DNA of 64,000 bases from Anaeromyxobacter sp. (GCA_049840735.1 JASGJN010000022.1:32001-96000), one strand, 5' to 3'; positions 19,670-30,210 are shown, counted from the stretch's first letter. A program made the numbers and translations. The notes: generated from the letters alone by a model not told the origin.

Positions 19670-19906
19670 ATGAGCACCGAACCCCGCGACCCCAGCCGCG
19701 ACACGCCTCCCGTTCCCGACACCGCCCCGGACATGGGCGAGGCGTCGGCTCGCCAGCAGGAGCTGATCGGACCTTCCGGCGGCCCGCCCACCGAGGATGA
19801 GCGCCAGCGCCGCGGTGCGTCGCCCCCCGAGGACGTGCTCATCCGCGGCCTGGCGGAGGAGCCAGACCGCCACCCGGAGCCGGGGCCGCCGAGGGGCGCC
19901 GGGTAG
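19670..19906 (+). CDS. Small disordered hypothetical protein
   Basis: ORF MSTEPRDPSRD... with plausible codon usage; fills the intergenic gap. Confidence 0.5.
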   Translation: MSTEPRDPSRDTPPVPDTAPDMGEASARQQELIGPSGGPPTEDERQRRGASPPEDVLIRGLAEEPDRHPEPGPPRGAG

Positions 19907-19946
19907 GGTGCTCTCGGCCGCCCGGCCGGGCGCGGTAAGATGAGGC

Positions 19947-20618
19947 GTGCTCGAGGCCCTCGCCAGCCAGCTCCGCCAGCTCCTGCCGGAGGGCGTGGCC
20001 TGCGCCGTGGAGGCGCCGGTCTGCGCGCCGGAGCGGCTGCTGGGCGAGGAGCTGGCCGCGGTCGCAGGGGTGATCCCCAAGCGCTGCGGCGAGTTCGTGG
20101 GCGGCCGCGTGGCGGCTCGCGCGGCGCTGGCCGCGCTGGGCGTGGCCCCGGTGGCCCTGCCGCCCGGTCCGCAGCGCGCGCCGCTCTGGCCGGCGGGGCT
20201 GAGCGGCAGCATCTCGCACGCCAGCGACGTCTGCGTGGCGGTGGCGGCGAGGGCCGAGCGCTTCGCCGCGCTGGGCGTGGACGTGGAGGGGGCGGCGCCG
20301 CTCGATCCCAAGCTCTGGCGGCGCGTGCTCACGCCGGAGGAGCAGGCGCAGATCGAGGCGGCGCCGGAGGACGAGCGCGGTGGCCTCGCCAAGCTGGTGT
20401 TCAGCCTCAAGGAGGCGACCTACAAGTGCCAGCACCCGCTCACCGGCCGCTTCCTGGGGTTCCAGGAGGTGGTGGTGCGCTGGGACCCGGGGGCCGGGGC
20501 GTTCGAGGCCCGGGTGCTGGCGGCCGACGGCGGGCCCACGCCGGCCATGGTGATCCGCGGCCGGTATGCGCGGGTGGGAGAGCACCTCGTCAGCGTGGCG
20601 CTGATCCCGGTCCCCTGA
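19947..20618 (+). CDS. 4'-phosphopantetheinyl transferase (EntD/Npt type)
   Basis: PLWPAGLSGSISH, LGVDVE, FSLKEATYK. Confidence 0.93.
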   Translation: MLEALASQLRQLLPEGVACAVEAPVCAPERLLGEELAAVAGVIPKRCGEFVGGRVAARAALAALGVAPVALPPGPQRAPLWPAGLSGSISHASDVCVAVAARAERFAALGVDVEGAAPLDPKLWRRVLTPEEQAQIEAAPEDERGGLAKLVFSLKEATYKCQHPLTGRFLGFQEVVVRWDPGAGAFEARVLAADGGPTPAMVIRGRYARVGEHLVSVALIPVP

Positions 20619-20665
20619 TCCCAGTCCGTCGGCCCGCCCGGCCGCGGACCGGGTAGACTGCGCGC

Positions 20666-21781
20666 ATGGCGCGGATCCTGTACGGGGTGGCGGGCGAGGG
20701 GATGGGGCATGCGACGCGTTCGCGGGTGGTGATCGACCACCTGGCGGAGAAGCACCAGCTGCACGTGGTGGCCTCCGGGCGCGCGTACGACTACCTGAAG
20801 GCGCGCGAGCGGCCCGGCCTCGAGGTGAGCAGGATCTGGGGCCTGTCCATCGTCTACGAGGACAACGCCGTCCGGAACGTGAAGACGCTGCTGGAGAACG
20901 TGCGCGCCGGCCTCATGGGCGGCCTGCCGCACAACGTGAAGGCCTACTTCGACATGATCGAGGGGTTCCGGCCGGACCTGGTGGTCTCCGACTTCGAGAC
21001 CTGGTCCTGGCTCTTCAGCAAGACCCACGGCATCCCCTGCATCTCGGTGGACAACAACCAGGCGGTCAACCGGTGCGAGCACCCGCCGGCCGTCACCGCC
21101 GGTCACTACTCCGAGTACCTGCTGGCCCGCTCGGTGGTGAAGGCCAAGCTGCCCGGCTGCTTCCAGTACCTGATCTCCACCTTCTTCCGCCCGCCCACGG
21201 TGATGGCGCGCACCAGCCTCCACCCGCCGGTGCTGCGGCAGCAGATCCTGGACGCGAAGCCGGAGCGGGGCGAGCACCTGCTGGTCTACCAGACCTCCAC
21301 CTCCAACCAGGCGCTGCCCGCCATGCTGCAGGCCACCGGCCGCGAGTGCCGCATCTACGGCCTGCGCCGCGACCTCGCCGAGGACCAGCGCGAGGGCAAC
21401 CTGGTCTACCGGCCGTTCAGCGAGGCCGGCTTCATCGACGACCTGCGCACCGCCCGCGGCGTCGTCTCCGGCGGCTCCTTCACGCTCATGAGCGAGGCGG
21501 TCTACCTGCACAAGCCCATGCTCTCGGTGCCGGTGCAGAAGCAGTTCGAGCAGATCCTCAACGCGCGCTACCTGGAGGCGCTGGGCTACGGCCTGGCCGC
21601 CGACGAGCTGACGCCCGAGGTGCTGGCCCACTTCGACGAGCGGCTGCCGGAGTTCGAGACCGCGCTGGCGCGCTACTCCCAGGACGGCAACCGCGACCTG
21701 CTGGAGCGGCTCGACGACGTGATCGCCGGGGCCCAGGGGCGCGGCGCGCCGCTGGACGAGGACGAGGACCCGCTCACGTGA
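20666..21781 (+). CDS. GT-B glycosyltransferase (MJ1255/VC2487-like)
   Basis: ILYGVAGEGMGHATRS, VSDFE, GGSFTLMSEAVYL, QFEQILNA. Confidence 0.88.
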   Translation: MARILYGVAGEGMGHATRSRVVIDHLAEKHQLHVVASGRAYDYLKARERPGLEVSRIWGLSIVYEDNAVRNVKTLLENVRAGLMGGLPHNVKAYFDMIEGFRPDLVVSDFETWSWLFSKTHGIPCISVDNNQAVNRCEHPPAVTAGHYSEYLLARSVVKAKLPGCFQYLISTFFRPPTVMARTSLHPPVLRQQILDAKPERGEHLLVYQTSTSNQALPAMLQATGRECRIYGLRRDLAEDQREGNLVYRPFSEAGFIDDLRTARGVVSGGSFTLMSEAVYLHKPMLSVPVQKQFEQILNARYLEALGYGLAADELTPEVLAHFDERLPEFETALARYSQDGNRDLLERLDDVIAGAQGRGAPLDEDEDPLT

Positions 21782-22239
21782 AGCTGCGGATCGTGGCGGT
21801 GGGGCGGGACCGCTCCGGCCTCTACCAGCCCGCGGTGGACGAGTACGCGAAGCGGCTCTCGCGCTACGCGAAGTTCGAGCTGGTGGAGGTGCCGGAGGCG
21901 AAGAAGCTGGCCGGCACCCCGCGCGCCAAGGAGGAGGAGGCGGCCACGCTGCTCGGCAAGGTCGGACCGCGCGACCGGGTGGTGGCGCTGGACGAGCGCG
22001 GCGACGAGCTGACCAGCGTGCAGCTGGCGGACCGGCTGCGGCGCTGGCTGGAGCGGGGGCAGGACGTGACGCTGCTCATCGGCGGCTCGGACGGCCTGGC
22101 GCCGGAGGTGCTGGCCCGCGCCGAGGAGAAGCTGGCGGTCTCGCGCTTCACGCTGGCCCACCGGCTGGCGCGGCTGGTGCTGGTGGAGCAGCTCTACCGC
22201 GCCTTCACGATCCTGAAGGGCGAGCCGTACCACAAGTGA
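21778..22239 (+). CDS. rlmH: 23S rRNA m3Psi1915 methyltransferase RlmH
   Basis: LDERG, IGGSDG, LVEQLYRAFTILKGEPYHK; GTGA overlap with the upstream gene. Confidence 0.97.
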   Translation: MKLRIVAVGRDRSGLYQPAVDEYAKRLSRYAKFELVEVPEAKKLAGTPRAKEEEAATLLGKVGPRDRVVALDERGDELTSVQLADRLRRWLERGQDVTLLIGGSDGLAPEVLARAEEKLAVSRFTLAHRLARLVLVEQLYRAFTILKGEPYHK

Positions 22240-22245
22240 GAGGGC

Positions 22246-23079
22246 TCAGGCGTTTGCCGCGGCCCCGTCGACCGAGGCGAGGAAGGCCCGCAGCGCCGCG
22301 GTGACCGCGTCCGGAGCCTCCACCGGCGAGCTGTGGCCGGCGGCGGGGAACCGGACCAGCTGGGCCCCAGCGATGCCTGCGGCGATGCGGAGCGCCTTGG
22401 GCGGCGGGGTGGCCACGTCCTCCTCGCCCACCCCGACCAGCGTGGGGGCGCGGATGCTGGCCAGCAGCGCCTCCACCCCCTCCCGCTCGATGACGCCGTT
22501 CACGGCGCGCCAGATGGCACGCCGGTTCCCGGCCACCCGCTCGCGCCAGGCCTGCCGCGCGGCGGCGCGGCCGGGGTCGGCGAGGAAGGTGCGGCCGAAC
22601 AGGACCCGCATCACCGGGTCCGCCACGGTGCGCGGTCCGAGCCAGCGCGCCGCGTGGTTGAGCATCTTGTAGCGGCGGATGGCCCGAGGCGCCTCTGGCT
22701 CCGCCGAGGTCTCCAGCAGCACCAGCGAGCGGATCAGCTCCGGCCGGCGGGCCGCCAGCCGCATCCCCACGAACCCGCCCATGGACAGGCCGACGAAGTG
22801 GCAGGGGCCGGCGGCCAGCTTCTCGATCAGCGCCGCAGCATCCGCGGCGCAAGTGTCCATGTCGATGCTGCGCTGCCGGGGCACCTCGCTCTCGCCCTGC
22901 CCGCGGTGGTCGTAGGCGATGCACCGGTAGCGATCGCGCAGCGCTTCCGCCTGCGCGTCCCAGAGCCGGACGCTGAGCAGCAGGCCATGGCTGAAGACCA
23001 CGGCCGGGCGATCGCCTCCGGTGTCCTCCACGTACAGCCGCGTGCCGTTGACCGGGACCCGATGCGAGACGCTGTGCAT
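22246..23079 (-). CDS. Alpha/beta hydrolase (3-oxoadipate enol-lactonase-like)
   Basis: FSHG, YDHRGQG, GLSMGG nucleophile elbow, GEED, AGH. Confidence 0.9.
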   Translation of the reverse strand: MHSVSHRVPVNGTRLYVEDTGGDRPAVVFSHGLLLSVRLWDAQAEALRDRYRCIAYDHRGQGESEVPRQRSIDMDTCAADAAALIEKLAAGPCHFVGLSMGGFVGMRLAARRPELIRSLVLLETSAEPEAPRAIRRYKMLNHAARWLGPRTVADPVMRVLFGRTFLADPGRAAARQAWRERVAGNRRAIWRAVNGVIEREGVEALLASIRAPTLVGVGEEDVATPPPKALRIAAGIAGAQLVRFPAAGHSSPVEAPDAVTAALRAFLASVDGAAANA

Positions 23080-23161
23080 GACCCCATGCCGGCACTGCCT
23101 GCACGCCCGGTCAATGTCCACTCGGGGTGCAACCGAAGTGAGGAGCGCCTGCCTGGTCTGG

Positions 23162-23770
23162 GTGCGCATCTTCCAGCACGTGATCCAGGCCCTGCTCTCC
23201 CAGTTCGGCTACCTGGCGATCTTCGCCCTGCTGGTGGCCGGGGGCCTGGCTGTACCGGTCCCCGAGGAGCTGGTCCAGCTCACCGCCGGGGTGCTGGCTC
23301 ACCGGGGCCTGCTCTCGCCGGTGCCGGCCGCGCTCACCTGCTGGCTGGGGATACTGGTCGGCGACACCGCCTGGTTCCTGCTGGCGCGCCGCCACGGCGA
23401 GCGGCTCCTGGCCACCCGCCACGTGCGCCGGGTCCTGACGGACAGCCGCCGCGCCTGGGTGGAGCGCCACCTGGCCAGCCACGCGCTCCTGACGGTGATG
23501 ATCTCCCGGCATCTCTCCGCGGTCCGGCTGGCCGCGTACGCGCTGGCCGCCACCCACGGCGTGCGGCCGCGCACCTTCGTGCTGGCCGATGGGCTCTCGG
23601 CGCTGCTCTCCGTGCCGCTGGTGGTGGGCGCCGGCTACCTGGGCTCGCAGCACCTGGCGCAGGTGCACCAGGACGTGCGCCGGGTGGAGCTGGCGGTGCT
23701 GGCCGCGGCGGCGGCGGCCGTCGCCGGGTGGCTCCTGCTGCGGCGTCTGCGCCGGCCGGCGACGGGCTGA
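23162..23770 (+). CDS. DedA family membrane protein
   Basis: GLAVPVPEE, GDTAWF, SRHLSAVR; several TM segments. Confidence 0.88.
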   Translation: MRIFQHVIQALLSQFGYLAIFALLVAGGLAVPVPEELVQLTAGVLAHRGLLSPVPAALTCWLGILVGDTAWFLLARRHGERLLATRHVRRVLTDSRRAWVERHLASHALLTVMISRHLSAVRLAAYALAATHGVRPRTFVLADGLSALLSVPLVVGAGYLGSQHLAQVHQDVRRVELAVLAAAAAAVAGWLLLRRLRRPATG

Positions 23771-23984
23771 GCCGGCTGCGCTGGGCCCGGGTGCCCGCGC
23801 AGCTCCGGGGCGCCCGCCGCCCGGGCCCACCTCCAGCCCCCCGTCCGGACGGCCGTATGCAAACGTTCAGCGTGCGGCGCCAAGGTTCTTGTGGCGCGCC
23901 CGGGCGTTCCCTAACATCTCGTCCTTCCAAGAAGACCGCATGAGCGCCCGGCCGCCGGCCGGCGCCCGCAAGGAGAAGAAGCCC

Positions 23985-25535
23985 GTGGCCAAGATGAAGC
24001 CCGTCCTCCTCGTCGTCCTCGACGGCTGGGGCATCCGCGCCCAGCGCGAGGACAACGCCATCGCCATCGCCGGGACGCCCAACATGGACGCCCTGATGCG
24101 CGACTACCCGCACGCCGCCCTGGAGACCAGCGGCCTGTGCGTCGGGCTGCCCGAGGGGCAGATGGGCAACTCCGAGGTGGGCCACACCAACCTCGGCGCC
24201 GGCCGGATCGTCTACCAGGACCTGGTCCGCATCAACCGCGCCGTCGAGGACGGCTCGTTCTACAAGAACGACAAGCTGCTGCTGGCCTGCCGCCGCGCCA
24301 AGGAGAACGGCGCCGCGCTCCACCTCATGGGCCTGGTCTCCGACGGCGGCGTCCACAGCCACGTCGAGCACCTGCACGCCTGCGTGGAGTTGGCCCGCCG
24401 CGAGGGCGTGGCCAAGGTCTTCATCCACGCCTTCATGGACGGCCGCGACACGCCGCCCAAGTCCGGCCTCGACTACATGCGCGCGGTCGAGACGCGCCTC
24501 AAGGACAACGGCTACGGCAAGGTGGCCACCGTCTGCGGCCGCTACTGGGCCATGGACCGCGACAAGCGGTGGGACCGCGTCTCCCAGGCCTACGCCGCCA
24601 TGGTGAAGGGTGACGGGCACAAGGTGGCCTCCGGCGTGGCGGCCATGGAGCGCGGCTACGCCGACGGCGAGACCGACGAGTTCGTGAAGCCCAGCGTGGT
24701 GGTGGACGCCGACGGCAAGCCGGTGGGCAGCATCCGCGACGGCGACGCGGTGCTGTTCTTCAACTTCCGCGCCGACCGCGCGCGCGAGATCACCCGCGCC
24801 ATCGCCGACCCGGACTTCAAGGACTTCGATCGCGGGCCCGGGCCCAAGCTGTCGGCCTACGTCTGCATGACCCAGTACGACCAGACCTTCCCGTACCCGG
24901 TCGCCTACGATCCGCAGGACCTCTCGGCGATCTTCCCGGAGATCGTGGCCCAGTCCGGTGCGCGCCAGCTGCGCACCGCCGAGACCGAGAAGTACGCGCA
25001 CGTCACCTTCTTCTTCAACGGCGGCCGCGAGACGGTCTACCAGAACGAGGACCGGATCCTGGTCCCGTCGCCGCGCGAGGTGAAGACCTACGACGAGAAG
25101 CCGGAGATGAGCGCGCGCGAGGTGACGGACAAGCTCTGCCAGGCGCTCTCCACCAACCCCTACGGCTTCACGCTGGTGAACTTCGCCAACCCGGACATGG
25201 TCGGCCACACCGGCCTGCTCGACGCGGCGGTGAAGGCGGTCAAGGTCGTGGACGAGTGCATCGGGCGGCTCTGGAAGGTGGCCCAGCAGCAGGGCATCGC
25301 CATGATGATCACCGCCGACCACGGCAACTGCGAGATGATGCGCGACCCGATCACCGGCCAGCCGCACACCGCGCACACGCTCAACCCGGTGCCCTTCATC
25401 CTGGCCGACGCCGACTTCCGCGGCGCGAAGCTGCGCGAGAAGGGCGTGCTGGCCGACGTGGCCCCCACCGCGCTGCAGATCATGGGTCTCACCCAGCCCA
25501 AGGAGATGAAGGGGCTCGGGATGATCATCCGGTAG
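23985..25535 (+). CDS. gpmI: 2,3-bisphosphoglycerate-independent phosphoglycerate mutase
   Basis: VLDGWG, QMGNSEVGH, SDGGVHSH, DGRD, NPDMVGHTG, TADHGN; RBS AAGGAG. Confidence 0.98.
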   Translation: MAKMKPVLLVVLDGWGIRAQREDNAIAIAGTPNMDALMRDYPHAALETSGLCVGLPEGQMGNSEVGHTNLGAGRIVYQDLVRINRAVEDGSFYKNDKLLLACRRAKENGAALHLMGLVSDGGVHSHVEHLHACVELARREGVAKVFIHAFMDGRDTPPKSGLDYMRAVETRLKDNGYGKVATVCGRYWAMDRDKRWDRVSQAYAAMVKGDGHKVASGVAAMERGYADGETDEFVKPSVVVDADGKPVGSIRDGDAVLFFNFRADRAREITRAIADPDFKDFDRGPGPKLSAYVCMTQYDQTFPYPVAYDPQDLSAIFPEIVAQSGARQLRTAETEKYAHVTFFFNGGRETVYQNEDRILVPSPREVKTYDEKPEMSAREVTDKLCQALSTNPYGFTLVNFANPDMVGHTGLLDAAVKAVKVVDECIGRLWKVAQQQGIAMMITADHGNCEMMRDPITGQPHTAHTLNPVPFILADADFRGAKLREKGVLADVAPTALQIMGLTQPKEMKGLGMIIR

Positions 25536-25557
25536 CGGACGGACAGGCGTGGCCGTG

Positions 25558-25633
25558 CGTCCGTGGTTCGACAGGCCTGTCCTGGGCGTGGCGCCGCGTC
25601 TGCGGCGCGGAGCCGAAGGGCTCACCACGGACG
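25558..25633. repeat. Nested REP-like elements
   Basis: Outer stem CGTCCGTGGT...ACCACGGACG; its TCGACAGG/CTC core is interrupted by a degenerate reverse copy (CCTGGGCGTGGCG...CGGAGCCGAAGGG). Confidence 0.7.
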
Positions 25634-25653
25634 GTCGGGGCGGAGGGGTCACC

Positions 25654-26349
25654 CTGGGTGACGCCCTCCGCCGCCTGGCCGACGCGCTGCTGGCGCTGGT
25701 CTACCCGCCGCGCTGCGCCGCCTGCCGCGCGCCGGTGGAGGCCGAGCCCTTCTGCGCCGTCTGCGCGGAGGCGCTGGAGCCGGTCCCGCCCGGCTGCGCC
25801 CGCTGCGGGCAGCCCGGCCCCGACGCCCTCTGCGGCGGCTGCCGGGCCGCGCCGCCGGCCTTCGACACGGTCCAGGCCGGCGGCCTGCTGGGCGGTCCGC
25901 TCGCCGACGCCATCCACGCCTTCAAGTACGGCGCCCGTCCGGCGCTGGCGCGCCCGCTGGGCGCCTGGCTGGCCGCGCAGGTGAGCCCACCGCCCGGCGC
26001 GGCGATCGTCTCGGTGCCGCTGGCGCGCGCCAGGCGCGTGGCCCGCGGCTACGATCAGGCGGCGCTGCTGGCCGACGCCCTGGCCCGCGCCGCCGGCCGC
26101 GGCCGGCGCCGGCTGCGGGGCGTCCTGCGCCGGGTGCGCGAGACGCCACCGCAGGTGGGGCGCTCGCGCGCCGAGCGCGCCCACAACGTGGCCGGCGCCT
26201 TCCGGGCCACCCGCAGCCTGGCCGGGCTCGACGTGGTGCTGGTGGACGACGTGGTCACCACCGGCGCGACCGCCGGGGCCGCCGCCGAGGCGCTGCGCCA
26301 GGCCGGGGCGCGCTCGGTGCAGGTGATAGCCCTGGCCCGCGCGGAGTAG
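25654..26349 (+). CDS. comF: ComF/GntX family protein (double zinc ribbon + PRTase); start uncertain
   Basis: YPPRCAAC, CAVC, CARCG, FKY, RGYDQA, LVDDVVTTGAT. Confidence 0.9.
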   Translation: MGDALRRLADALLALVYPPRCAACRAPVEAEPFCAVCAEALEPVPPGCARCGQPGPDALCGGCRAAPPAFDTVQAGGLLGGPLADAIHAFKYGARPALARPLGAWLAAQVSPPPGAAIVSVPLARARRVARGYDQAALLADALARAAGRGRRRLRGVLRRVRETPPQVGRSRAERAHNVAGAFRATRSLAGLDVVLVDDVVTTGATAGAAAEALRQAGARSVQVIALARAE

Positions 26350-26361
26350 GCGGATCCGGGA

Positions 26362-26408
26362 CCCTTCGACTTCGCGGCGCTCCGCGCCGCTACGCTCAGG
26401 GGGAACGG
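26362..26408 (+). repeat. REP-like element
   Basis: CCCTTCGACTTCG-CGGCGC TCC GCGCCG-CTACGCTCAGGGGGAACGG. Confidence 0.88.
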
Positions 26409-26481
26409 CCATATTCACTCCGGCCGGTAGGTCCGATCCGGGAACGTTGGTGCTGTTCCCGCGTTACACTCTCGGCCCCCC

Positions 26482-29400
26482 ATGCACCTGCGCCGCCTCG
26501 TCCCGCTCGCCGTCGCACTGCTGCTCCTCCCGCTCGCCGCCGCCGCAGCGGACCCCACCGCCGAGGCGCTGGCCAGGGGCACCGCCGCGCTGGCCCGGGA
26601 TCGCCGCGGTCCCGAGGGCGTGGCGGTGTTCGCCACCCTGGACGGGCTGGAGGACGACCTCCCCGACCTGGCGCCGCTGGCCGCGGCCTACGCCGCGGCG
26701 GCCGATGACGCCAGGGCCCACCCCGAGGTCCGCGCCCTGGCCCGCTTCCGGCTGGCCGGCCTGGCCCGGGCGCGCGGCGACCTGGGGGAGGCCGAGGCGC
26801 ACCTGGCGCGGCTCGGCTTCGTGACCCGCTGGCAGGTGATCGGCCCCTTCGACGACGAGGGGAAGCACGGGCTCGAGGCGGTCTACCCGCCGGAGCAGAA
26901 GCTGGACCTGGCCGCGCGCGTCCCGGGGAAGACGCGCGAGGTGGGCTGGCAGCCGCTGCCGCCGGAGCTGGTGGACCAGGGCTTCGTCCACCTGGGCGTG
27001 GCGCTCCGCCCGGAGCGCGAGGTGGTGGCCTACGCGCTCGCGATCGTGGAGGTGCCGCGCGACGGGCAGGCGGTGCTCTGGCTGGGGGCGAGCGGCGCGT
27101 CGAAGGTGTGGGTCAACGGCCAGCTGGCGCTGACCGACGCCACCTACCACCTGGCCCGCCTGGACCAGCGCGGCGCCCGCGTGGCGCTCCGGCGCGGGAC
27201 CAACCGGCTCCTGGTGAAGCTGGCCCACCAGGAAGGGCGCATGGGCTTCTACCTGCGGCTCGATCGCGGCACGGGCGAGGGGCTGGCCTTCACGCCGGGC
27301 CAGCCCGGGGCGCGGCCGGTCCGCCCGGGCGCCCGGCCGCGGCCGGCGGAGGACGCGCTGGCGGCGCTGACCCGGCGCGCGCAGCAGGCGCGCGGCCCGG
27401 AGGCGGAGGCCAGGGCCCGCGGCGCGCTCTCGGCGGCGCTGCGCGAGCGGGCCTCGGGCGACCTCGAGGAGCGCCGGGCGCTGGTGCAGGCGCAGCTGGC
27501 GGCCGACGCGCAGCCGGCGCTGGTGGACGCGCAGCTCTGGGCGGCCAGCCTGGACGACGAGCACGGCACCCGCCGGCGGCGCCTGGACCTGGCGCTGCAG
27601 GCGGCGCCGGGCGACGCGCGGGTGCTGGTCGCGCTGGCCGGCGAGGCGCTGGGGCAGGAGCGGCCCCTGGAGGCGGTGCGGCTCCTGGACCGCGCGGCGG
27701 CGGCCGCCCCGGAGTGGGCGGTGGCGCAGGTGGCGCGCGCCGAGGCGCTGGCGCGGGCCGGGCTGGAGGCGCGCAGCGCGCTGGCGGCGGCCGAGGTGGC
27801 CCGCCGCTTCCCGGCGGTGCCGGGGGCGCAGCGGGCCGCGGCGCGCGCGGCCGCGGCGCTGGGGCAGCTGGACGAGGCGGAGGCCCGCTACCGCGCGGCG
27901 CTGGCGCTCCGGCCGGACGACGGCGCCACGCGCGCGGCGCTGGCGCAGCTGCGCTTCGACCGCCGCGACCTGGTCGAGGCCGAGGCCCTGGCGCGCGAGG
28001 GGCTGCGGTTCCGCCCGGGCAGCCTGGACCTGCGCCTGGAGCTGGCCGGCCGGCTGGCCGCCAACGGCAAGCCGGACGAGGCCGACGCGCTGCTCGGCGA
28101 GGCGCTGCGGCTCTCCCCGGACGACGCCGAGGTGCTGGAGCGGCGCGGCCGGGCGCGGCTGGCGGCGGGCCGGGCCCGCGACGCGCAGGCCGACCTGGCG
28201 CGGGCGCTGGAGCTGGCCCCGCAGAGGCCGGCGCTGAAGGAGCTCCTGCGCACGCTGGAGCCGGCGCAGGAGCGCTTCGAGAAGCCGTACCTGGCCGACG
28301 CGGCGGCGCTGGCCGCGGCCGCGCCGGCGGGCCGGCCGGACGAGGACGCGCTGATCCTCTCCGAGCTCAAGGTCACCCGGGTGCTCGGGTCGGGGCTGCA
28401 CTCCACCGTCACGCAGCTGGTGGTGAAGGTGCTCGACGCGCGCGGGGTGGACGACTTCCGGCGCCAGTCGGTGGGCTGGACCCCGGGGCGCCAGGAGGTG
28501 ACGGTGCAGCGGGCGCGGGTCATCAAGCCCGACGGCACCAGCGTGGAGTCGCACGACGTCCGCGACCGGAGCACCAGCGAGCCCTGGTACCGGCTCTACT
28601 ACGACACCGCCGCGCGCACGCTCTCCTTCCCGGCGCTGGCGCCGGGCGACGTGCTGGAGCTGGTCTGGCGGGTCGAGGACGTGGCCGGCGAGAACCTGCT
28701 CTCCGACTACTTCGGCGACCTCACGCTGGTGGACGGCACCGCCCGCAAGGCGCGCTTCGACTACGTGCTGCTGGCGCCGGCCGCCCGGCCCATCCACGCC
28801 GCCACGCCGGCCGGCGTGGCGCACGCCGAGCGCGCGCTGCCCGGGGGCGTGGTGGAGCACCGCTGGACGGCCGCCGAGGTGGAGCGGCTGGTCCCCGAGC
28901 CGGCCATGCCGGGCTGGAGCGACGTGGCGCGGCTGGTCCACGTCTCCACCTACGAGACCTGGGACGAGGTGAACCGCTTCTACTGGGGGCTGGTCCGCGA
29001 CCAGCTCCGCCCGGGCGCGGAGCTGCGGGCGGTGGCCCGGCGGCTGGCGGCCGAGGCGCTGGCGGCACGCGGCGCGCCGCCCCCGGCGCTTGCCGCCGAC
29101 GGCGCGGCGCTGGTGCCCCCGTCGGACCCGGCGCTGCGGCGGGCCCTGGTGGAGGCGGCCTACGCGTTCGTGGTCACGCAGACCCGCTACGTGGGGCTGG
29201 AGTTCGGCATCCACGGCTACAAGCCGTACCGGGTGGATCAGGTGCTGGCGCGCCGCTTCGGCGACTGCAAGGACAAGGCGAGCCTGCTCCACGCGCTGCT
29301 GGAGGCGATGGGGATTGACTCGCGGCTGGTGCTGCTGCGGATGCGCGATCTGGGCGGCCTGCCCGAGCACCCGGCCTCGCTGGCGGTCTTCAACCACGCC

Positions 29401-30210
29401 ATCCTCTACGTGCCGGAGCTGGACCTCTGGCTCGACGGCACCGCCAGCTACTCCGGCCCGGGCGACCTGCCCCGCGCCGACCGCGGCGCCACCGTGCTGG
29501 TGGTGAACCCGTCCGGCCCGCCGCGCTTCGGGACGCTCCCCGAGGCCCGGCCGGGCGAGAACCGGCAGGAGCGCCGGCTGGAGGTGGCGCTGGCCGCCGA
29601 CGGCGCCGCCACCGTCACCGGCGCCCGCACCACGGCCGGCGTCGAGGCGCCCATGCTCCGGCGCGCCTACGAGGTCGAGCAGGAGCGCCGCACGCGGCTG
29701 GAGCAGGACCTGGCCTCCACGCTGAGCGGCGTGCAGGTGGACGAGGTGAAGGTCTCCGACCTGGGGCGGCTGGCCGACCCGGTCCGGATCGACTTCCAGG
29801 TGCGCGTGCCGCGCTTCGCCGCGCGCGAGGGCGAGGGCCTGCGCTTCGCGCCGCTGGCCACGGCGCGCGGCTACGCCGAGACGCTGGCCAACCTCTCGGC
29901 GCGCCGCTACCCGCTCGACCTGGGTGGCCCGCGCGACGACCGGCTGGCCTCGCGCGTGGCGCTCCCGGCCGGGTGGGCGGTGGTGGAGCTGCCCCCGCCG
30001 GCCTCGGCCAGCGGTCCGCTGGGCGAGTACCAGGTCACCTGGCGGCAGGAGCCCGGCGCGGTGGTGGCCGAGGCCCACGTGGTGCTGCCGCGCAGCCGCA
30101 TCGCGCCCGCCGACTACCCGTCCTTCCGCGAGCTCCTGATCGGGCTCGACCGGGCGCTGCAGCGCCGCGTCCGCATCGCGCCGGCCACGCCGGCGGAGGC
30201 CCGTCGATGA
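26482..30210 (+). CDS. Secreted TPR + DUF3857 + transglutaminase-like protein
   Basis: Signal peptide, WQVIGPF, TPR-like Ala-rich helices, FPALAPGDVLE, catalytic GDCKDK...FNHAI...WLDGT. Confidence 0.88.
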   Translation: MHLRRLVPLAVALLLLPLAAAAADPTAEALARGTAALARDRRGPEGVAVFATLDGLEDDLPDLAPLAAAYAAAADDARAHPEVRALARFRLAGLARARGDLGEAEAHLARLGFVTRWQVIGPFDDEGKHGLEAVYPPEQKLDLAARVPGKTREVGWQPLPPELVDQGFVHLGVALRPEREVVAYALAIVEVPRDGQAVLWLGASGASKVWVNGQLALTDATYHLARLDQRGARVALRRGTNRLLVKLAHQEGRMGFYLRLDRGTGEGLAFTPGQPGARPVRPGARPRPAEDALAALTRRAQQARGPEAEARARGALSAALRERASGDLEERRALVQAQLAADAQPALVDAQLWAASLDDEHGTRRRRLDLALQAAPGDARVLVALAGEALGQERPLEAVRLLDRAAAAAPEWAVAQVARAEALARAGLEARSALAAAEVARRFPAVPGAQRAAARAAAALGQLDEAEARYRAALALRPDDGATRAALAQLRFDRRDLVEAEALAREGLRFRPGSLDLRLELAGRLAANGKPDEADALLGEALRLSPDDAEVLERRGRARLAAGRARDAQADLARALELAPQRPALKELLRTLEPAQERFEKPYLADAAALAAAAPAGRPDEDALILSELKVTRVLGSGLHSTVTQLVVKVLDARGVDDFRRQSVGWTPGRQEVTVQRARVIKPDGTSVESHDVRDRSTSEPWYRLYYDTAARTLSFPALAPGDVLELVWRVEDVAGENLLSDYFGDLTLVDGTARKARFDYVLLAPAARPIHAATPAGVAHAERALPGGVVEHRWTAAEVERLVPEPAMPGWSDVARLVHVSTYETWDEVNRFYWGLVRDQLRPGAELRAVARRLAAEALAARGAPPPALAADGAALVPPSDPALRRALVEAAYAFVVTQTRYVGLEFGIHGYKPYRVDQVLARRFGDCKDKASLLHALLEAMGIDSRLVLLRMRDLGGLPEHPASLAVFNHAILYVPELDLWLDGTASYSGPGDLPRADRGATVLVVNPSGPPRFGTLPEARPGENRQERRLEVALAADGAATVTGARTTAGVEAPMLRRAYEVEQERRTRLEQDLASTLSGVQVDEVKVSDLGRLADPVRIDFQVRVPRFAAREGEGLRFAPLATARGYAETLANLSARRYPLDLGGPRDDRLASRVALPAGWAVVELPPPASASGPLGEYQVTWRQEPGAVVAEAHVVLPRSRIAPADYPSFRELLIGLDRALQRRVRIAPATPAEARR

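Noticed and set aside
19947..20618. Secondary-metabolite cluster around the PPTase
   Set aside because: No PKS, NRPS or carrier-protein genes are in the window.
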